NCBI GenBank assembly: GCA_030278895.1 | Contig: JARXKK010000003.1 | Location: 4,471-68,470, forward strand | DNA from: Acidobacteriota bacterium | GTDB taxonomy: Bacteria > Acidobacteriota > Thermoanaerobaculia > UBA5066 | Reading direction: 5' to 3' | Length of the DNA: 64,000 nt | Shown: in pieces, positions 8,147 to 18,626 of the stretch | How the letters are laid out: every line of letters starts with the position of its first letter | Numbering within the stretch: the first letter of the stretch is position 1 | The notes under the pieces: generated by a model | Told to the model about the DNA's origin: nothing | Database searches by the model: none | What the model saw: the letters and a program-made list of their open reading frames with translations, nothing else | Translations under genes and position numbers: made by a program

Positions 8147-9472
8147 TCAGCGCGTGGCGGGTGCGGGGACCGCCGGGGCCTCGGCGAGAAGGGCCCGGAG
8201 GCGAGGGAAGGCGGCGGCGATGTCGTCCATCGAGACCGCCCCGACCGACAGGCGGAACCAGCCCGTGTCGCCCTCGAAGCCGAAGGCCTGGAACGGGACG
8301 ACGCCGATCCCGGCCATTTCGAGAAGCAGCCGCCGCACGTCGTCGTTCGTCTTCACGGGCACGCCCTTGACGGTGCGCCCGAAGAGGTCGAAGCGTACGG
8401 AGAGGTAGATCGCGCCCTGGGGCTCGATGGCGTCGACCGGAAATCCGTCCGCTTTCATCGCGAGAACGCCGTTGTAAAGCGCGACGAGGCGCTCCTCGAG
8501 CTTCTTCCGCACGGAGTCGCGGTAGGCGTAGACGGCGTCGGGCTGCGAGAGGAACTTCGCGACTCCCGCCTGCTCGGCCTTGGGCGCCCACGCGCCAACG
8601 TGGCCGAGGATGTCCGACATCCGGCGGCGGATCGGCGGCGGCATGACGCCCCAGCCCACGCGCATGCCCGTCGCACAGAACGCCTTCGAGATCGCGTCGA
8701 GGAAGATGACGTAGGGCGCGCTCTCGGGGACGACCTCGACCGGCGTGTAGTGCTTCGTCTTCCCGAAGACGAGCGTCCAGTAGACCTGGTCGTACACGAG
8801 GTAGAGCGGGCGGCGCCGGCCCTCGGAGTCGCGCCGGCGGTTCTCCTCGACGACCATCGCCGTGAGGTCCGTGAGGGCTTGCCTCGAGATCGCCGTGCCC
8901 GTCGGGTTGAGAGGCGAGTTGAGAATGAGGAGCCGTGCCCCCGCGACGTGCGGGCGGATCTGGTCCGGCGTCGGGAAGAAGTTCGCCTCCCGGGTCACCG
9001 GCACGGGGATCCCGGCCGCGCCGGAAAGGTACGCGTAGTGGTTGTTGTTCCACGACGGGACGGGGTAGATCGCGCCGTCGCCAGGCTCGAGGAGCGTGCG
9101 ATACGTCCCGTAGAGGAGCGGGCGCGCGCCGGCTGCGATCACGACGGAATCCACCGGATAGGAAAGGCCGAGATCGCGCGCGTAGAGCTTCACGACCTCC
9201 TCGCGCAGCGGGAGGATGCCTTCAGCGGGCGGGTAATTCGTCTGACCCGTCTCGAGGGCTTCCCGCGTGGCGGCGAGGAGGCCGTCCGGGATGGGGAACT
9301 GGCGCGAGTCGAAGTCGCCGATCGTGAGGTTACAGACCGGGTGGCCTCGGGCCTGCAGGGCGCGGATCTCGCCGGCGATCCGTAGGATCTCCGACCCGAC
9401 GACGCCACGCGCGAGCGGGGAAAGGCCCGCATCGGCCTTTTCGGGCGACTGGAAAAACGGGGTCACATCCAT
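8147..9472 (-). CDS. Class I/II pyridoxal-phosphate aminotransferase (aspartate/aromatic type)
   Basis: Motifs NYPPAEG, LLILNSPLNPTG, and FLDAISKAF (PLP Lys context). Start set at internal ATG 9472 (MDVTPFF...). The upstream part of the long ORF is low-complexity. Confidence 0.85.
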   Translation of the reverse strand: MDVTPFFQSPEKADAGLSPLARGVVGSEILRIAGEIRALQARGHPVCNLTIGDFDSRQFPIPDGLLAATREALETGQTNYPPAEGILPLREEVVKLYARDLGLSYPVDSVVIAAGARPLLYGTYRTLLEPGDGAIYPVPSWNNNHYAYLSGAAGIPVPVTREANFFPTPDQIRPHVAGARLLILNSPLNPTGTAISRQALTDLTAMVVEENRRRDSEGRRRPLYLVYDQVYWTLVFGKTKHYTPVEVVPESAPYVIFLDAISKAFCATGMRVGWGVMPPPIRRRMSDILGHVGAWAPKAEQAGVAKFLSQPDAVYAYRDSVRKKLEERLVALYNGVLAMKADGFPVDAIEPQGAIYLSVRFDLFGRTVKGVPVKTNDDVRRLLLEMAGIGVVPFQAFGFEGDTGWFRLSVGAVSMDDIAAAFPRLRALLAEAPAVPAPATR

Positions 9473-9521
9473 CGCCCGGCAGTCTATTATTTTTCGGTCC
9501 CCCGGGGAGATGGAGGTTTTA

Positions 9522-11186
9522 ATGCGCCGCCCGATAATGATCTTGCTCGGCTTCGCCTTTTTTTCGATCCACATTTCCGCGGCCGGTCCCGAGGGCGAAG
9601 CTTGGCGACCCTTCGAGCTCGGCTCGCACGGGAGGCCCGTCTCCACGAAGAGTGCCGCCGCTCAGAAGGCTTTCGACCAGGGTCTCATCTGGTCCTTCGC
9701 GTTCAACCACGACGAGGCGGAACGGGCGTTCCGCGAAGCGGTGCGCGTCGACCCGGGACTCGCCATGGCGTGGTGGGGAATCGCGCTCGTGAACGGACCG
9801 CACATCAACAATATCGAGGTGGACGAGGCGCACGCGAAGGCGGCGTGGGACGCGCTTGGCGAGGCACGCGCGCGCATCGCCGGCGCGAGCCAGGTCGAAA
9901 AGGCGCTCATCGACGCCCTCGGGTCGCGCTACGCGATGCCCCAGCCCGCCGACCGCAAGCCGCTGGACGGGGCGTACGCGAAGGCCATGGCGGACGTTCA
10001 CCGGCGGTTCCCGAAGGACGCGGACGTGGCCGCTCTCTGCGCCGAAGCGCTCATGGACGTGCGCCCGTGGGACCAGTGGACCCCCGACGGAGAGCCGCAG
10101 CCGGGAACCCGCGAGGCTCTCGACGCGATCGCGGCGGCGCTGGCCCTGCAACCGCGCCATCCGCTCGCCCTCCACCTGAAGATCCACGCCCTCGAGGCCT
10201 CGCCTCACCCCGAGCGCGCGCGGGCGGCCGCCGACTGGTTGCGGGCGCTCGTGCCCGACTCGAGCCACCTCGTCCACATGCCGTCGCACATCTACGCGCG
10301 CGTTGGCCGGTGGGCCGACGCCGCGTCCGCGAACGAGCGCGCGATTGCGGCCGACGAGCGTTACAACGCGCGGACGCCGAACCTCGGCATCTACCGGTTG
10401 TACGAGGTCCACAACGTCCACTTCCTCGTGTTCACGGCGATGATGGAGGGCCGTCGGAGAGTCGCGCTGGAGCGGGCGGCCGCGGTCGTCGCCATGCTCC
10501 CTCCCCCGATGTTCAAGGAGCTGGCGTTTCTCCTCGAGGCGTTCCTGACCGTCTCCCACGAGGTCCGGATGCGGTTCGGCCTCTGGGACGAGATCCTCGA
10601 GGATCCGATCCCCGGGACGGACGTGCCGACGGCGCGCGCGTTCGCGCACTTTGCGCGCGGGGTCGCATTCGCGGCGCTCGGACGAGTCGACGAAGCCGGG
10701 CGGGAGCGCGCGGCGTTCGCGGAGGCTGCGGCGAAGGTTCCAAAGGAGTATCTGTGGGGGGCGAACGCGAGCTCGGCCGTTCTCGCCGCGCACATGCCGT
10801 ATCTCGAGGGCGAGCTGGCGTTCCGGCGGGGAGACCGTGAGACCGCGGAGGCGAAGCTTCGCGAGGCCGTTCGCCTCGAGGACGCGCTCAAGTACGACGA
10901 GCCCCCGCCGGCTTCCGTGCCGGCGCGCCACGCGCTCGGCGCGGTCCTCCTGGCGGCGGGAAAGGCGAAGGAAGCCGAAGCCGTCTACCGCGAGGATCTC
11001 CGGCGCAGCCCGGAAAACGGCTGGTCGCTGCAGGGCCTGGCCCGCGCCCTCAGGATGCAGGCGAAGCCTGGCGCCGCGGAGGTCCAGGCGCGCTTCCGCG
11101 CCGCATGGAGACGGGCCGACATGGACGTCACGACGTCCTGCCTGTGCGTGCCGGGGGTGGCGGTCGAAGGCACCGGCGCGCGCTGA
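9522..11186 (+). CDS. Secreted TPR-repeat protein
   Basis: Signal peptide MRRPIMILLGFAFFSIHISAAG, with GGAGG 5 nt upstream of ATG 9522. Repeated Ala/Leu/Arg helical TPR-like pattern along the whole length. Confidence 0.7.
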   Translation: MRRPIMILLGFAFFSIHISAAGPEGEAWRPFELGSHGRPVSTKSAAAQKAFDQGLIWSFAFNHDEAERAFREAVRVDPGLAMAWWGIALVNGPHINNIEVDEAHAKAAWDALGEARARIAGASQVEKALIDALGSRYAMPQPADRKPLDGAYAKAMADVHRRFPKDADVAALCAEALMDVRPWDQWTPDGEPQPGTREALDAIAAALALQPRHPLALHLKIHALEASPHPERARAAADWLRALVPDSSHLVHMPSHIYARVGRWADAASANERAIAADERYNARTPNLGIYRLYEVHNVHFLVFTAMMEGRRRVALERAAAVVAMLPPPMFKELAFLLEAFLTVSHEVRMRFGLWDEILEDPIPGTDVPTARAFAHFARGVAFAALGRVDEAGRERAAFAEAAAKVPKEYLWGANASSAVLAAHMPYLEGELAFRRGDRETAEAKLREAVRLEDALKYDEPPPASVPARHALGAVLLAAGKAKEAEAVYREDLRRSPENGWSLQGLARALRMQAKPGAAEVQARFRAAWRRADMDVTTSCLCVPGVAVEGTGAR

Positions 11187-11233
11187 CGCGCGTCCCGGGC
11201 GGGTGGAGGCGCGCCTGCTAATCTCCCGCGCCT

Positions 11234-13018
11234 ATGCGTTGGTCTCAATCGTTTCTCGTGACCCTCCGCGAGGTGCCCGGCGACGCCGAGGTCGTGTCGC
11301 ATCAGCTTCTCTACCGGGCGGGCATGATGCAAAAGCTGGCAGCGGGTATTTACTCGTTTACGCCGTTCGGCTTCCGGTCTCTCCGGAAGATGATCGACAT
11401 CGTGCGCGAGGAGATGGACGCCACCGGCGCGATGGAGGTCGATCTGCCGATCCTCCAGCCGAAGGAGCTGTGGGTGGAGTCGGGCCGTTGGGATCGTTAT
11501 GTGAACGACGGCATCCTTTTCCATCTCGAGGACCGCAAGGGCGGCGAGTTCGCGCTGGCGCCGACCGCCGAGGAGGCCGTCACCGACATGGTGCGGCGCT
11601 CGGTCACGTCATGGCGGCAGCTCCCGTTCAACCTCTACCAGATCCGGACGAAGTTCCGCGACGAGATCCGCCCCCGCTTCGGCCTCCTGCGCGGCCGCGA
11701 GTTCCTCATGAAGGACGCCTACTCGTTCGACGTAGACCAGAAGGGACTGGACCTTCACTACAAGAAGATGGACGCCGCGTATCGCCGGATCTTCGAGCGC
11801 TGCAACCTGGAGTACGCGCTCGTCGACGCCGATTCGGGCGCCATCGGCGGTTCCGCGTCGCAGGAGTTCATGGTCGTAGCCGACACGGGCGAGGACGCGC
11901 TCGTCTTCTCCGACGCCGGCGACTACGGCGCGAACGTCGAGAAGGCGACGACGGCGCCCCTCCCCGAGCCCTGGGCGGGGGAGGAAGAAAGGCCGCTGAA
12001 AAAAGCCAGTGCACCGACGCCGGGTCTGACGACGTGTGTGGACCAGGCGAAGCATCTCGGGACGACTTCCTCGCGCATCGTCAAGACGATGATCTATGAG
12101 ATCGACAGAGCCGATGGAGAGACGAGGCTCGCGGCCGTGCTGATCCGCGGCGATCTCGAGATCAACGAGGTCAAGCTCCCCAAGGCGCTCGGCGCGCTTC
12201 ACGCCAAGCTGGCTTCGGAGGAGATTCTTAGAAAAATATCAGGGACGGTGCCGGGTTTCGTCGGGCCGCTCGACCTTCTTCCTTTCAAAGAACTTCCCAT
12301 TTTTCTCTTCGTCGACCGATCCCTGGAGGACGGACGGAACATCTGGTGCGGTGCCAACCAGGATGGAACCCATCACGCTCAGGTCTCCATCAAGCGCGAC
12401 GTCATGTCGCTTCCTGCGTTCAAGGGAGTCGTCGAGGTCGCGACCGCCCGCGATGGGGATCCGTCGCCCGCCCCGAAGGGTGGCCTTCTTCGCATCAAGC
12501 GGGGCATCGAGGTCGGCCACATCTTCAAGCTCGGCACGAAGTACTCCGAGGCGATGAAGTGCGAGGTCGCGGACCAGAGCCAGAAGATGGTCCCTCTCGC
12601 GATGGGCTGTTACGGACTCGGCCTCGGTCGCACCGTCGCCGCCGCCATCGAGCAGAACCACGACGACCTCGGGATCGTCTGGCCCGTGCCTCTCGCGCCC
12701 TTCGCCTGCGTCGTCGCCGTCCTTCAGCGCGACGCGCACGTCCTCGAGGCGGCGGACAGGATCTACGAAGACCTGAAGGCCGCGGGTGTCGACGTCTTCT
12801 ACGACGACCGCGACGAGCGTCCCGGCGTGAAGTTCAAGGACATCGACCTCATCGGCTTCCCGCTGAGGGTCGTCGTGGGCGGCAAGGGCCTCGCGAAGGG
12901 CGTCGTCGAGGTCTCGACGCGCCGCGAGAAGAAAGCTTCCGAGATCGCTCCGGACCGCGTCGTCGACGTCGTGAAGCGCTCGCTCGCGGCGGGCGCGAAG
13001 ACGCTCGCGACGGGCTGA
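11234..13018 (+). CDS. proS: Prolyl-tRNA synthetase, bacterial type with INS editing domain
   Basis: End-to-end resemblance to ProS: SQSFLVTLREVP..., FRDEIRPRFGLLRGREFLMKDAYSF, GCYGLG, anticodon-binding C-terminus. Confidence 0.95.
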   Translation: MRWSQSFLVTLREVPGDAEVVSHQLLYRAGMMQKLAAGIYSFTPFGFRSLRKMIDIVREEMDATGAMEVDLPILQPKELWVESGRWDRYVNDGILFHLEDRKGGEFALAPTAEEAVTDMVRRSVTSWRQLPFNLYQIRTKFRDEIRPRFGLLRGREFLMKDAYSFDVDQKGLDLHYKKMDAAYRRIFERCNLEYALVDADSGAIGGSASQEFMVVADTGEDALVFSDAGDYGANVEKATTAPLPEPWAGEEERPLKKASAPTPGLTTCVDQAKHLGTTSSRIVKTMIYEIDRADGETRLAAVLIRGDLEINEVKLPKALGALHAKLASEEILRKISGTVPGFVGPLDLLPFKELPIFLFVDRSLEDGRNIWCGANQDGTHHAQVSIKRDVMSLPAFKGVVEVATARDGDPSPAPKGGLLRIKRGIEVGHIFKLGTKYSEAMKCEVADQSQKMVPLAMGCYGLGLGRTVAAAIEQNHDDLGIVWPVPLAPFACVVAVLQRDAHVLEAADRIYEDLKAAGVDVFYDDRDERPGVKFKDIDLIGFPLRVVVGGKGLAKGVVEVSTRREKKASEIAPDRVVDVVKRSLAAGAKTLATG

Positions 13019-13025
13019 GCCCGCG

Positions 13026-13853
13026 ATGCCTCTCGCCGAGACTCGTCTCTCCGAGGCCGTCTCGGTCTTCACGTACGGCGGAGAGACTCTCGCCGAGAGC
13101 TACGGCTCGAACGCGACGGTGTTCTTCGGGAAGGGCGCGATCGTGGTCGTCGACCCGTTCGTGTCGCCGGTACAGGCTGCCGAGCTCGACGCGCTCCTCC
13201 GCAGGCGCGATGCGTCTCCCGTGACGCACGTGGTTCTCACGCACCACCACACGGACCATGCCCTCGGTGCGGGCTATTTCGCGGCGAGAGGGGCCGAGGT
13301 CATCGCGCACCCGCTGGCGGCGGCGCGGATGGCGGATGAGCATGCCGCGCTCATCGCCGTACGGCGGAAGGACCCGGACGTCGCGCCGCTCTTCGAGGAG
13401 GCCGAGCCCTACGCACCCTCGCGTCTCGTAGCGGCGCGTCTTGCCCTCGAAGCGGGGGGTCTGCGCTTCGACGTCTTCCACCCCGGCCACGCGCACACGC
13501 CCGGAGACCTCTGTGTTTACGCGACCTCTCTCGGTGTTCTCGTGTCCGGAGACCTCGTCTCCACGGGCTATCACCCGAACCTCGAGGACGCGGACGTAGC
13601 CGGGTGGCGCGCGGCGCTCGAATCGCTCCGCGGAATCCCGTTCCGGACGCTGGTGCCCGGCCACGGGCCGCCAGGGGGGCGCGAGGCCGTGGAGGAACAG
13701 ATTCGCTACCTCGACCGGGCCGGAAAAACCGTTGCCGGAACGCGAAAGACGGTTGGCGAGGACGAGGCCACGTCGGCCCTGGCGCTCGCTTTTCCGAAGT
13801 TTCGCCTGAGGATCGTCCTTCCGGCGCTCATCGATCGCTTTCGCCGGATGTAG
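13026..13853 (+). CDS. MBL-fold metallo-hydrolase
   Basis: LTHHHTDHALG (HxHxDH) motif and a later HTPGD motif. Confidence 0.8.
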   Translation: MPLAETRLSEAVSVFTYGGETLAESYGSNATVFFGKGAIVVVDPFVSPVQAAELDALLRRRDASPVTHVVLTHHHTDHALGAGYFAARGAEVIAHPLAAARMADEHAALIAVRRKDPDVAPLFEEAEPYAPSRLVAARLALEAGGLRFDVFHPGHAHTPGDLCVYATSLGVLVSGDLVSTGYHPNLEDADVAGWRAALESLRGIPFRTLVPGHGPPGGREAVEEQIRYLDRAGKTVAGTRKTVGEDEATSALALAFPKFRLRIVLPALIDRFRRM

Positions 13854-13865
13854 TGCGTCCGCATC

Positions 13866-16181
13866 ATGCGGGGCCGGGAGATGAGTTCTAGAATCGTGAC
13901 CGGTTCGACGAAAGGAACACGCGTGAGCCTTTCCAAGCAGGACGCCCTCGACTATCACTCCACCGGCCGCAAGGGAAAGTTGGAGGTCATTCCTTCCAAG
14001 CCCTGCGCCACCGCCAACGACCTCTCCCTTGCGTACACGCCCGGCGTCGCCGAGCCGTGTCTCGAAATCGCGCGCGATCCGGAGCTTGCCTACGAGTACA
14101 CGGGCAAGGGAAACCTCGTCGCCGTCATCTCGAACGGCACGGCCGTGCTCGGGCTCGGAGACATCGGTCCTCTGGCCGGCAAGCCCGTCATGGAAGGGAA
14201 GGGCGTGCTGTTCAAGAGATTCGCCGACGTCGACGTGTTCGACATCGAGGTGGACGAGAAGGATCCCGACAAATTCATCGAGTGCGTCGCGCGTCTCGAG
14301 CCCACGTTCGGCGGCATCAACCTCGAGGACATCAAGGCGCCCGAGTGCTTCTACATCGAGGAGCAGCTCAAGAAACGCATGGGAATCCCGGTCTTCCACG
14401 ACGACCAGCACGGAACCGCGATCATCTCGGCGGCGGCGTTCCTGAACGCCCTCGAGATCGCGAACAAGAAGATCGAGGATGTGAAGGTCGTCTTCGCCGG
14501 GGCGGGCGCGGCCGCGAATGCGTGCGCGAACCTCTACATCACGTACGGCGTGAAGCTCGAGAATATCCTCATGGTCGACCGGACCGGCGTCATCTGGAAG
14601 GGCCGGACCGAGAACATGAACCAGTACAAGGAGCGCTTCGCGCGCGACACGAAAAAGCGCACGGTTACCGAGGCCCTCGAGGGCGCGGACGCCTTCATCG
14701 GCGTCTCGGCGGCGAAGCTCATCAACGGGGACATGATCAAGAAGATGGCGAAGGACCCGATCGTCTTCGCCATGGCGAACCCGGTGCCGGAGATCACCCC
14801 GGAAGAGGCGAAGGCCGCCCGCCCCGACGTCATCATGGCGACGGGCCGGTCCGACTACCCGAACCAGGTCAACAACGTCCTGGGGTTCCCGTTCATCTTC
14901 CGCGGCGCGCTCGACTGCCGTGCGACGCAGATCAACGAAGCCATGAAGCTCGCGGCGTCGAAGGCGCTCGCGAATCTCGCGAAAGAGGACGTCCCCGATT
15001 CCGTCGCCCGCGCCTACGGCGTCGACGGCTTCAAGTTCGGGCGCGAATACCTGATCCCGAAACCCTTCGACTGGCGCGTGCTCCTGCACGTGGCGCCGGC
15101 GGTGGCCGAGGCGGCTGCGGCCACGGGAGTGGCCAAGCGGCCCATCAAGGACATGGATGCGTACCGCCGGAAGCTCGAGGGCATGCTCTCGCGCTCGCGG
15201 TCGTTCATGCAGGTCATTCACGGCAAGGCGAAAAGCGATCCCCGGCGCGTCGTCCTCGCCGAGGGGGATCACCCGAAGGTGCAGCGCGCGGCCAAGATCC
15301 TCGCCGAGGAGAAGATCGCGATTCCCATCCTCCTTTCGCGCGGGAAGAAGGCCGAAGCGGCCCTGAAAGCGCTCGACGTCAAGACGCCGATCCTCGTCAT
15401 CGACCCGGAGACGGACGTGAACTTTCCGAAGTACGTGGCGGCCTTCCACGAGAAGAGGAAACGCCACGGCATCACGAAGGAAGACTCCGAGACGTCCCTC
15501 CACGTGCCGAACTACTTTGCCGGCATGATGGTCGACCAGGGCGACGCCGACGTTTCGCTCTCGGGCCTCACCACGAACTACGCGGAGACGATCCGGCCCG
15601 CGCTGCAGACGATCGGCGTCGCGCCGGGCGTGCACAAGGTCTCGGGCCTCTACGTCCTCGTCCTTCAGGACCGCGTCTTCTTCTTTTCGGACACGACCGT
15701 GAACATCGACCCCACGGCGGAGGACCTCGCGGAGATCGCGCTCCTGTCGGCCGACACGGCGAAGCTGTTCGGCATCCAGCCGCGCGTGGCGATGATCTCG
15801 TTCTCGAACTTCGGCTCGACGCATCACCCTTCGACGGACAAGGTCCGGGAGGCCGTGAAGATCGTGAAGAAGCGCCGGCCCGCGCTCGAATGCGAGGGCG
15901 AGATGCAGGCCGACACGGCGGTTCTTCCCGAGTTCCTGAAGGAGAACTACCCGTGGGCGGGCCTCACGGGCCCCGCGAACGTGCTCGTCTTCCCTGAGCT
16001 CCAGAGCGCGAATGCCGCCTACAAGCTCGTCTGGCGCCTGGCTAAGGCGGATGCGATCGGGCCGATCCTGATGGGGATGGGCAAGCCCGTTCACGTCCTC
16101 CAGCGTGGCGTCGAGGTGTCCGACATCGTGAACATGGCCGCATTCGGCGTCGTGGACGCGCAGGCACGCAAGGCCCGCTGA
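13866..16181 (+). CDS. maeB: NADP-dependent malic enzyme with C-terminal phosphotransacetylase-like domain
   Basis: [60 protein letters not shown]-like C-terminal half. Start ambiguous (ATG 13866, ATG 13881 or GTG 13923). Confidence 0.9.
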   Translation: MRGREMSSRIVTGSTKGTRVSLSKQDALDYHSTGRKGKLEVIPSKPCATANDLSLAYTPGVAEPCLEIARDPELAYEYTGKGNLVAVISNGTAVLGLGDIGPLAGKPVMEGKGVLFKRFADVDVFDIEVDEKDPDKFIECVARLEPTFGGINLEDIKAPECFYIEEQLKKRMGIPVFHDDQHGTAIISAAAFLNALEIANKKIEDVKVVFAGAGAAANACANLYITYGVKLENILMVDRTGVIWKGRTENMNQYKERFARDTKKRTVTEALEGADAFIGVSAAKLINGDMIKKMAKDPIVFAMANPVPEITPEEAKAARPDVIMATGRSDYPNQVNNVLGFPFIFRGALDCRATQINEAMKLAASKALANLAKEDVPDSVARAYGVDGFKFGREYLIPKPFDWRVLLHVAPAVAEAAAATGVAKRPIKDMDAYRRKLEGMLSRSRSFMQVIHGKAKSDPRRVVLAEGDHPKVQRAAKILAEEKIAIPILLSRGKKAEAALKALDVKTPILVIDPETDVNFPKYVAAFHEKRKRHGITKEDSETSLHVPNYFAGMMVDQGDADVSLSGLTTNYAETIRPALQTIGVAPGVHKVSGLYVLVLQDRVFFFSDTTVNIDPTAEDLAEIALLSADTAKLFGIQPRVAMISFSNFGSTHHPSTDKVREAVKIVKKRRPALECEGEMQADTAVLPEFLKENYPWAGLTGPANVLVFPELQSANAAYKLVWRLAKADAIGPILMGMGKPVHVLQRGVEVSDIVNMAAFGVVDAQARKAR

Positions 16182-16227
16182 CCGTCGGGGCGACGCCAAC
16201 CGGCCGCTAAAGCTACGATGCAGCCGC

Positions 16228-17475
16228 GTGGACAAGGCGACTCTCCTCTGCGGCCTCGCGGCCCTCGCGGCGGCGCTTCCGGCGCTCGACGCGGCGCTGC
16301 GGCTGCGGCGCCTCGCGGCGCCGCGGGGTGACGCGCGGCCGCCGGAGGCGGGCCGCGCGCCAGGGAGACTGCTGGCCGTGATCCCGTCCCGCGCCGAGGG
16401 TGCGCGTGTCGGAGATCTGGCTGGAGATCTGAAGAGGGGCGTCGTCGACGTCATGGTTCTCCTGGACGGTCCCGACCTCGAAGCCGAAGCCCGTCTGAGG
16501 GCAGACGGGGTCAAATTCCTTTCTAAGAAATCTTGCGGCCCTTCCAAGGGCCACGCGCTCGCGTTCGTAGCCGAACGGCTGGCCAAGGATCTCGAAGCAT
16601 ACGAATTCATTCTCGTCTTCGACGCCGACATGCGCCTGCCCGAAGGGTTCTTCCGCGACCTCGTCGTGCCCGCAGGGACCGAGGTGTTTCAGCTGCCGGT
16701 CCGCCCATCGGGCGTTCCGGGGCCCGGCGCCCCGCGCGTCGAGGCGCTTTCCCTCGCCGAGGCGCTCGAGGACGACCTCGCAAGGGACGCCGAAGGCCTG
16801 CCGGTCCGGCTGCGCGGCAAAGCCATGGGTTTCTCGCCTCGGGCGTTTCGCGCCGGGCCGGCTGCGGCCACGCGCACGACCGTAGAAGATTCCGAGGCGA
16901 CGCTCGCGCTCCTCGCAAGCGGCTTCACCGTGCGCGCATTGAGCGGTCCCATGGCCTTCGACGAGCCCTCCGGGGAATCCGGGGCGATGGCGCGTTCGCG
17001 CTCGCGCTGGTTCGCGGGACAACTCAAGCTGCTCTTCACCGGATTCGGCGATCTGTTGCAGATCGCGACACGGAGCCCGAAGGGCGCGTTCGTGCTGGCG
17101 GCGGATCTCTGGTTTCGGCCGAGGATTGTCTTGCTGGGGACCCTCGCGATTCTTGCAATCGTCTCGGATGGCGTGATCCTGCTGCTTTCTTCGAATGGCA
17201 CGTGGACTGCCGCCGCCCGGGCCAGCGGTCGTCCCGCGTCAGGGGCCTCCATGCTCCTTCTTTTTCTCCTTCTTCTCCTTTCGTTCGAAGCAAAAGCGAC
17301 GCTGGTCTGCGAGTGGCTTTCACTCGCCGCGCTCCGCCGCCGCATCGGCTATCCGCCGGAAGTGCCGCACGTGTCTCTTTCCGATGTTCTGAGCTCTCTT
17401 TCGATGTGGGTCGGCGCCGCGCTGCGCGGCGCTGCGGCGCCCTCGCGCTGGCACAGGGCGCGCCCTCCTCGATGA
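16228..17475 (+). CDS. Family-2 glycosyltransferase with C-terminal membrane domain
   Basis: GT-A pattern (VIPSRAEG..., VFDADMRLPEGFF, VEDSEATLAL), a (Q/R)xxRW-like SRSRWFAG, and TM helices at the C-terminus. GTG start. Confidence 0.7.
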   Translation: MDKATLLCGLAALAAALPALDAALRLRRLAAPRGDARPPEAGRAPGRLLAVIPSRAEGARVGDLAGDLKRGVVDVMVLLDGPDLEAEARLRADGVKFLSKKSCGPSKGHALAFVAERLAKDLEAYEFILVFDADMRLPEGFFRDLVVPAGTEVFQLPVRPSGVPGPGAPRVEALSLAEALEDDLARDAEGLPVRLRGKAMGFSPRAFRAGPAAATRTTVEDSEATLALLASGFTVRALSGPMAFDEPSGESGAMARSRSRWFAGQLKLLFTGFGDLLQIATRSPKGAFVLAADLWFRPRIVLLGTLAILAIVSDGVILLLSSNGTWTAAARASGRPASGASMLLLFLLLLLSFEAKATLVCEWLSLAALRRRIGYPPEVPHVSLSDVLSSLSMWVGAALRGAAAPSRWHRARPPR

Positions 17476-18626
17476 AGGCGATCCTGCTCGTTCCCCGCCT
17501 GCCCGGCACGGGCTTCACGGGCGACCGGCTCCGGGCGGAGATCCACCTGGAGGCGCTCGCCCAGGCGGGATACGAGACTGCGGTCGTGGGAGGAGTCGAC
17601 GGAGGAGAAGAGATTCTTCGAATGGATAACGCGGCCGCGGTGCATGCCGTGCGCCTCGATCGCTTCCGGTTCCCGGCGTCGCTCGTGCGGGCCGGCATGA
17701 CGGGCCAGCCGCTGCAGTCCGCGCTTTTCTCGGGATCTTTCGGCCTTGCCCTGCGCGAAGCGGCCCGGAATGCGGACCTTCTCGTCTGCGTCCTCCTCCC
17801 GCGGCTTCTCGCACATGTCGGCCGGCTGCCCGCGCTCCCGCGCGTCGTGGACTACGTCGACGCCCTCTCGGAGGCCGCCCGGCAGGCCGCTCAAAGCGAT
17901 CCCGCGCCGTGGCGGCGCGCGTACTGGGCCGTCGAGGCGCCGCGCCTCGCACGCGCCGAAGAGAGGGCGGCGCTGGGCGCGGCCGTCCTTCTCGCGACGA
18001 CGCCGGCCGACGCCGCGAAGCTCCCGCCGGGAACCCGGGCGGTGGCGAACGGCGTCGTTCTGCTCCCGGCCGGCGCGGCCGTACGTGGACCCGTCGTGGC
18101 CTTCACCGGGCGTCTCATGTACCGTCCGAATCGCTTGGCAGCGCGACGACTCCTCGAGGACATCTGGCCGCGCGTGAGGCGCGAAGTGCCGGACGCCCGC
18201 CTCCTCCTCGGTGGCGCCGACGCGCCGCACGAGATCCGCGCGGCGGGGGGACGGGACGGGGTCGAGGTCGTGAGCCCCGTGCCGGACATGGCCGCCTTCC
18301 TGCGTGCCGCCCGCGTCGTCGTTGCGCCCGTGGACCTCGGGACGGGAACACCGAACAAGATCTTCGAGGCCTTCGAGGCGGGCGCGGCGGTCGTGGCGTC
18401 GTCCGGCGCCGCCCTGCGCGCGGCGTCCTCCGGCGGTCTTCCGCCAGCGCGGACCGCGGATACGGACGACGAGTTCGCGCGCGCCATCGCGGACTACCTC
18501 GGGGATCCCGAGGGGGCGGCGCGGGACGGCGCGAGGGGCCGCGCGTTCGTCGAAGTGCACGCGGACCGCCGGACTTCCGTCGCGGGCTTCGTTGCGGCGT
18601 ACCGGGCGGCGATGGGGATTCCATGA
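17472..18626 (+). CDS. GT-B (GT4/GT1-type) glycosyltransferase
   Basis: ATGA overlap at 17472-17475. C-terminal GTPNKIFEAFEAGAAVVAS matches the EX7E-region pattern of retaining GT4 enzymes. Confidence 0.75.
   Translation: MKAILLVPRLPGTGFTGDRLRAEIHLEALAQAGYETAVVGGVDGGEEILRMDNAAAVHAVRLDRFRFPASLVRAGMTGQPLQSALFSGSFGLALREAARNADLLVCVLLPRLLAHVGRLPALPRVVDYVDALSEAARQAAQSDPAPWRRAYWAVEAPRLARAEERAALGAAVLLATTPADAAKLPPGTRAVANGVVLLPAGAAVRGPVVAFTGRLMYRPNRLAARRLLEDIWPRVRREVPDARLLLGGADAPHEIRAAGGRDGVEVVSPVPDMAAFLRAARVVVAPVDLGTGTPNKIFEAFEAGAAVVASSGAALRAASSGGLPPARTADTDDEFARAIADYLGDPEGAARDGARGRAFVEVHADRRTSVAGFVAAYRAAMGIP

Noticed and set aside
11187-11233. A sigma-54-like GG-N10-GC element (TGGAGGcgcgcCTGCT) upstream of proS.
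   Set aside because: It has three or more mismatches to the consensus in the most conserved positions. GG-N10-GC arises easily by chance in GC-rich DNA, and a housekeeping tRNA synthetase is an unlikely RpoN target.
12849-16631. Very long alternative-frame or antisense ORFs. Examples are 12849..16631 (minus, 1260 aa), 30860..33466 (minus, 868 aa), 31270..33054 (plus), 7569..9053 (minus), 9519..10931 (minus), 38467..39789 (minus) and 53771..56377 upstream of nt 54926.
   Set aside because: Their translations are Arg/Pro/Gly/Ala-rich low-complexity strings with no motifs. They overlap genes with clear family signatures on the other strand or frame. Stop-codon-poor alternative frames are expected in very GC-rich DNA.
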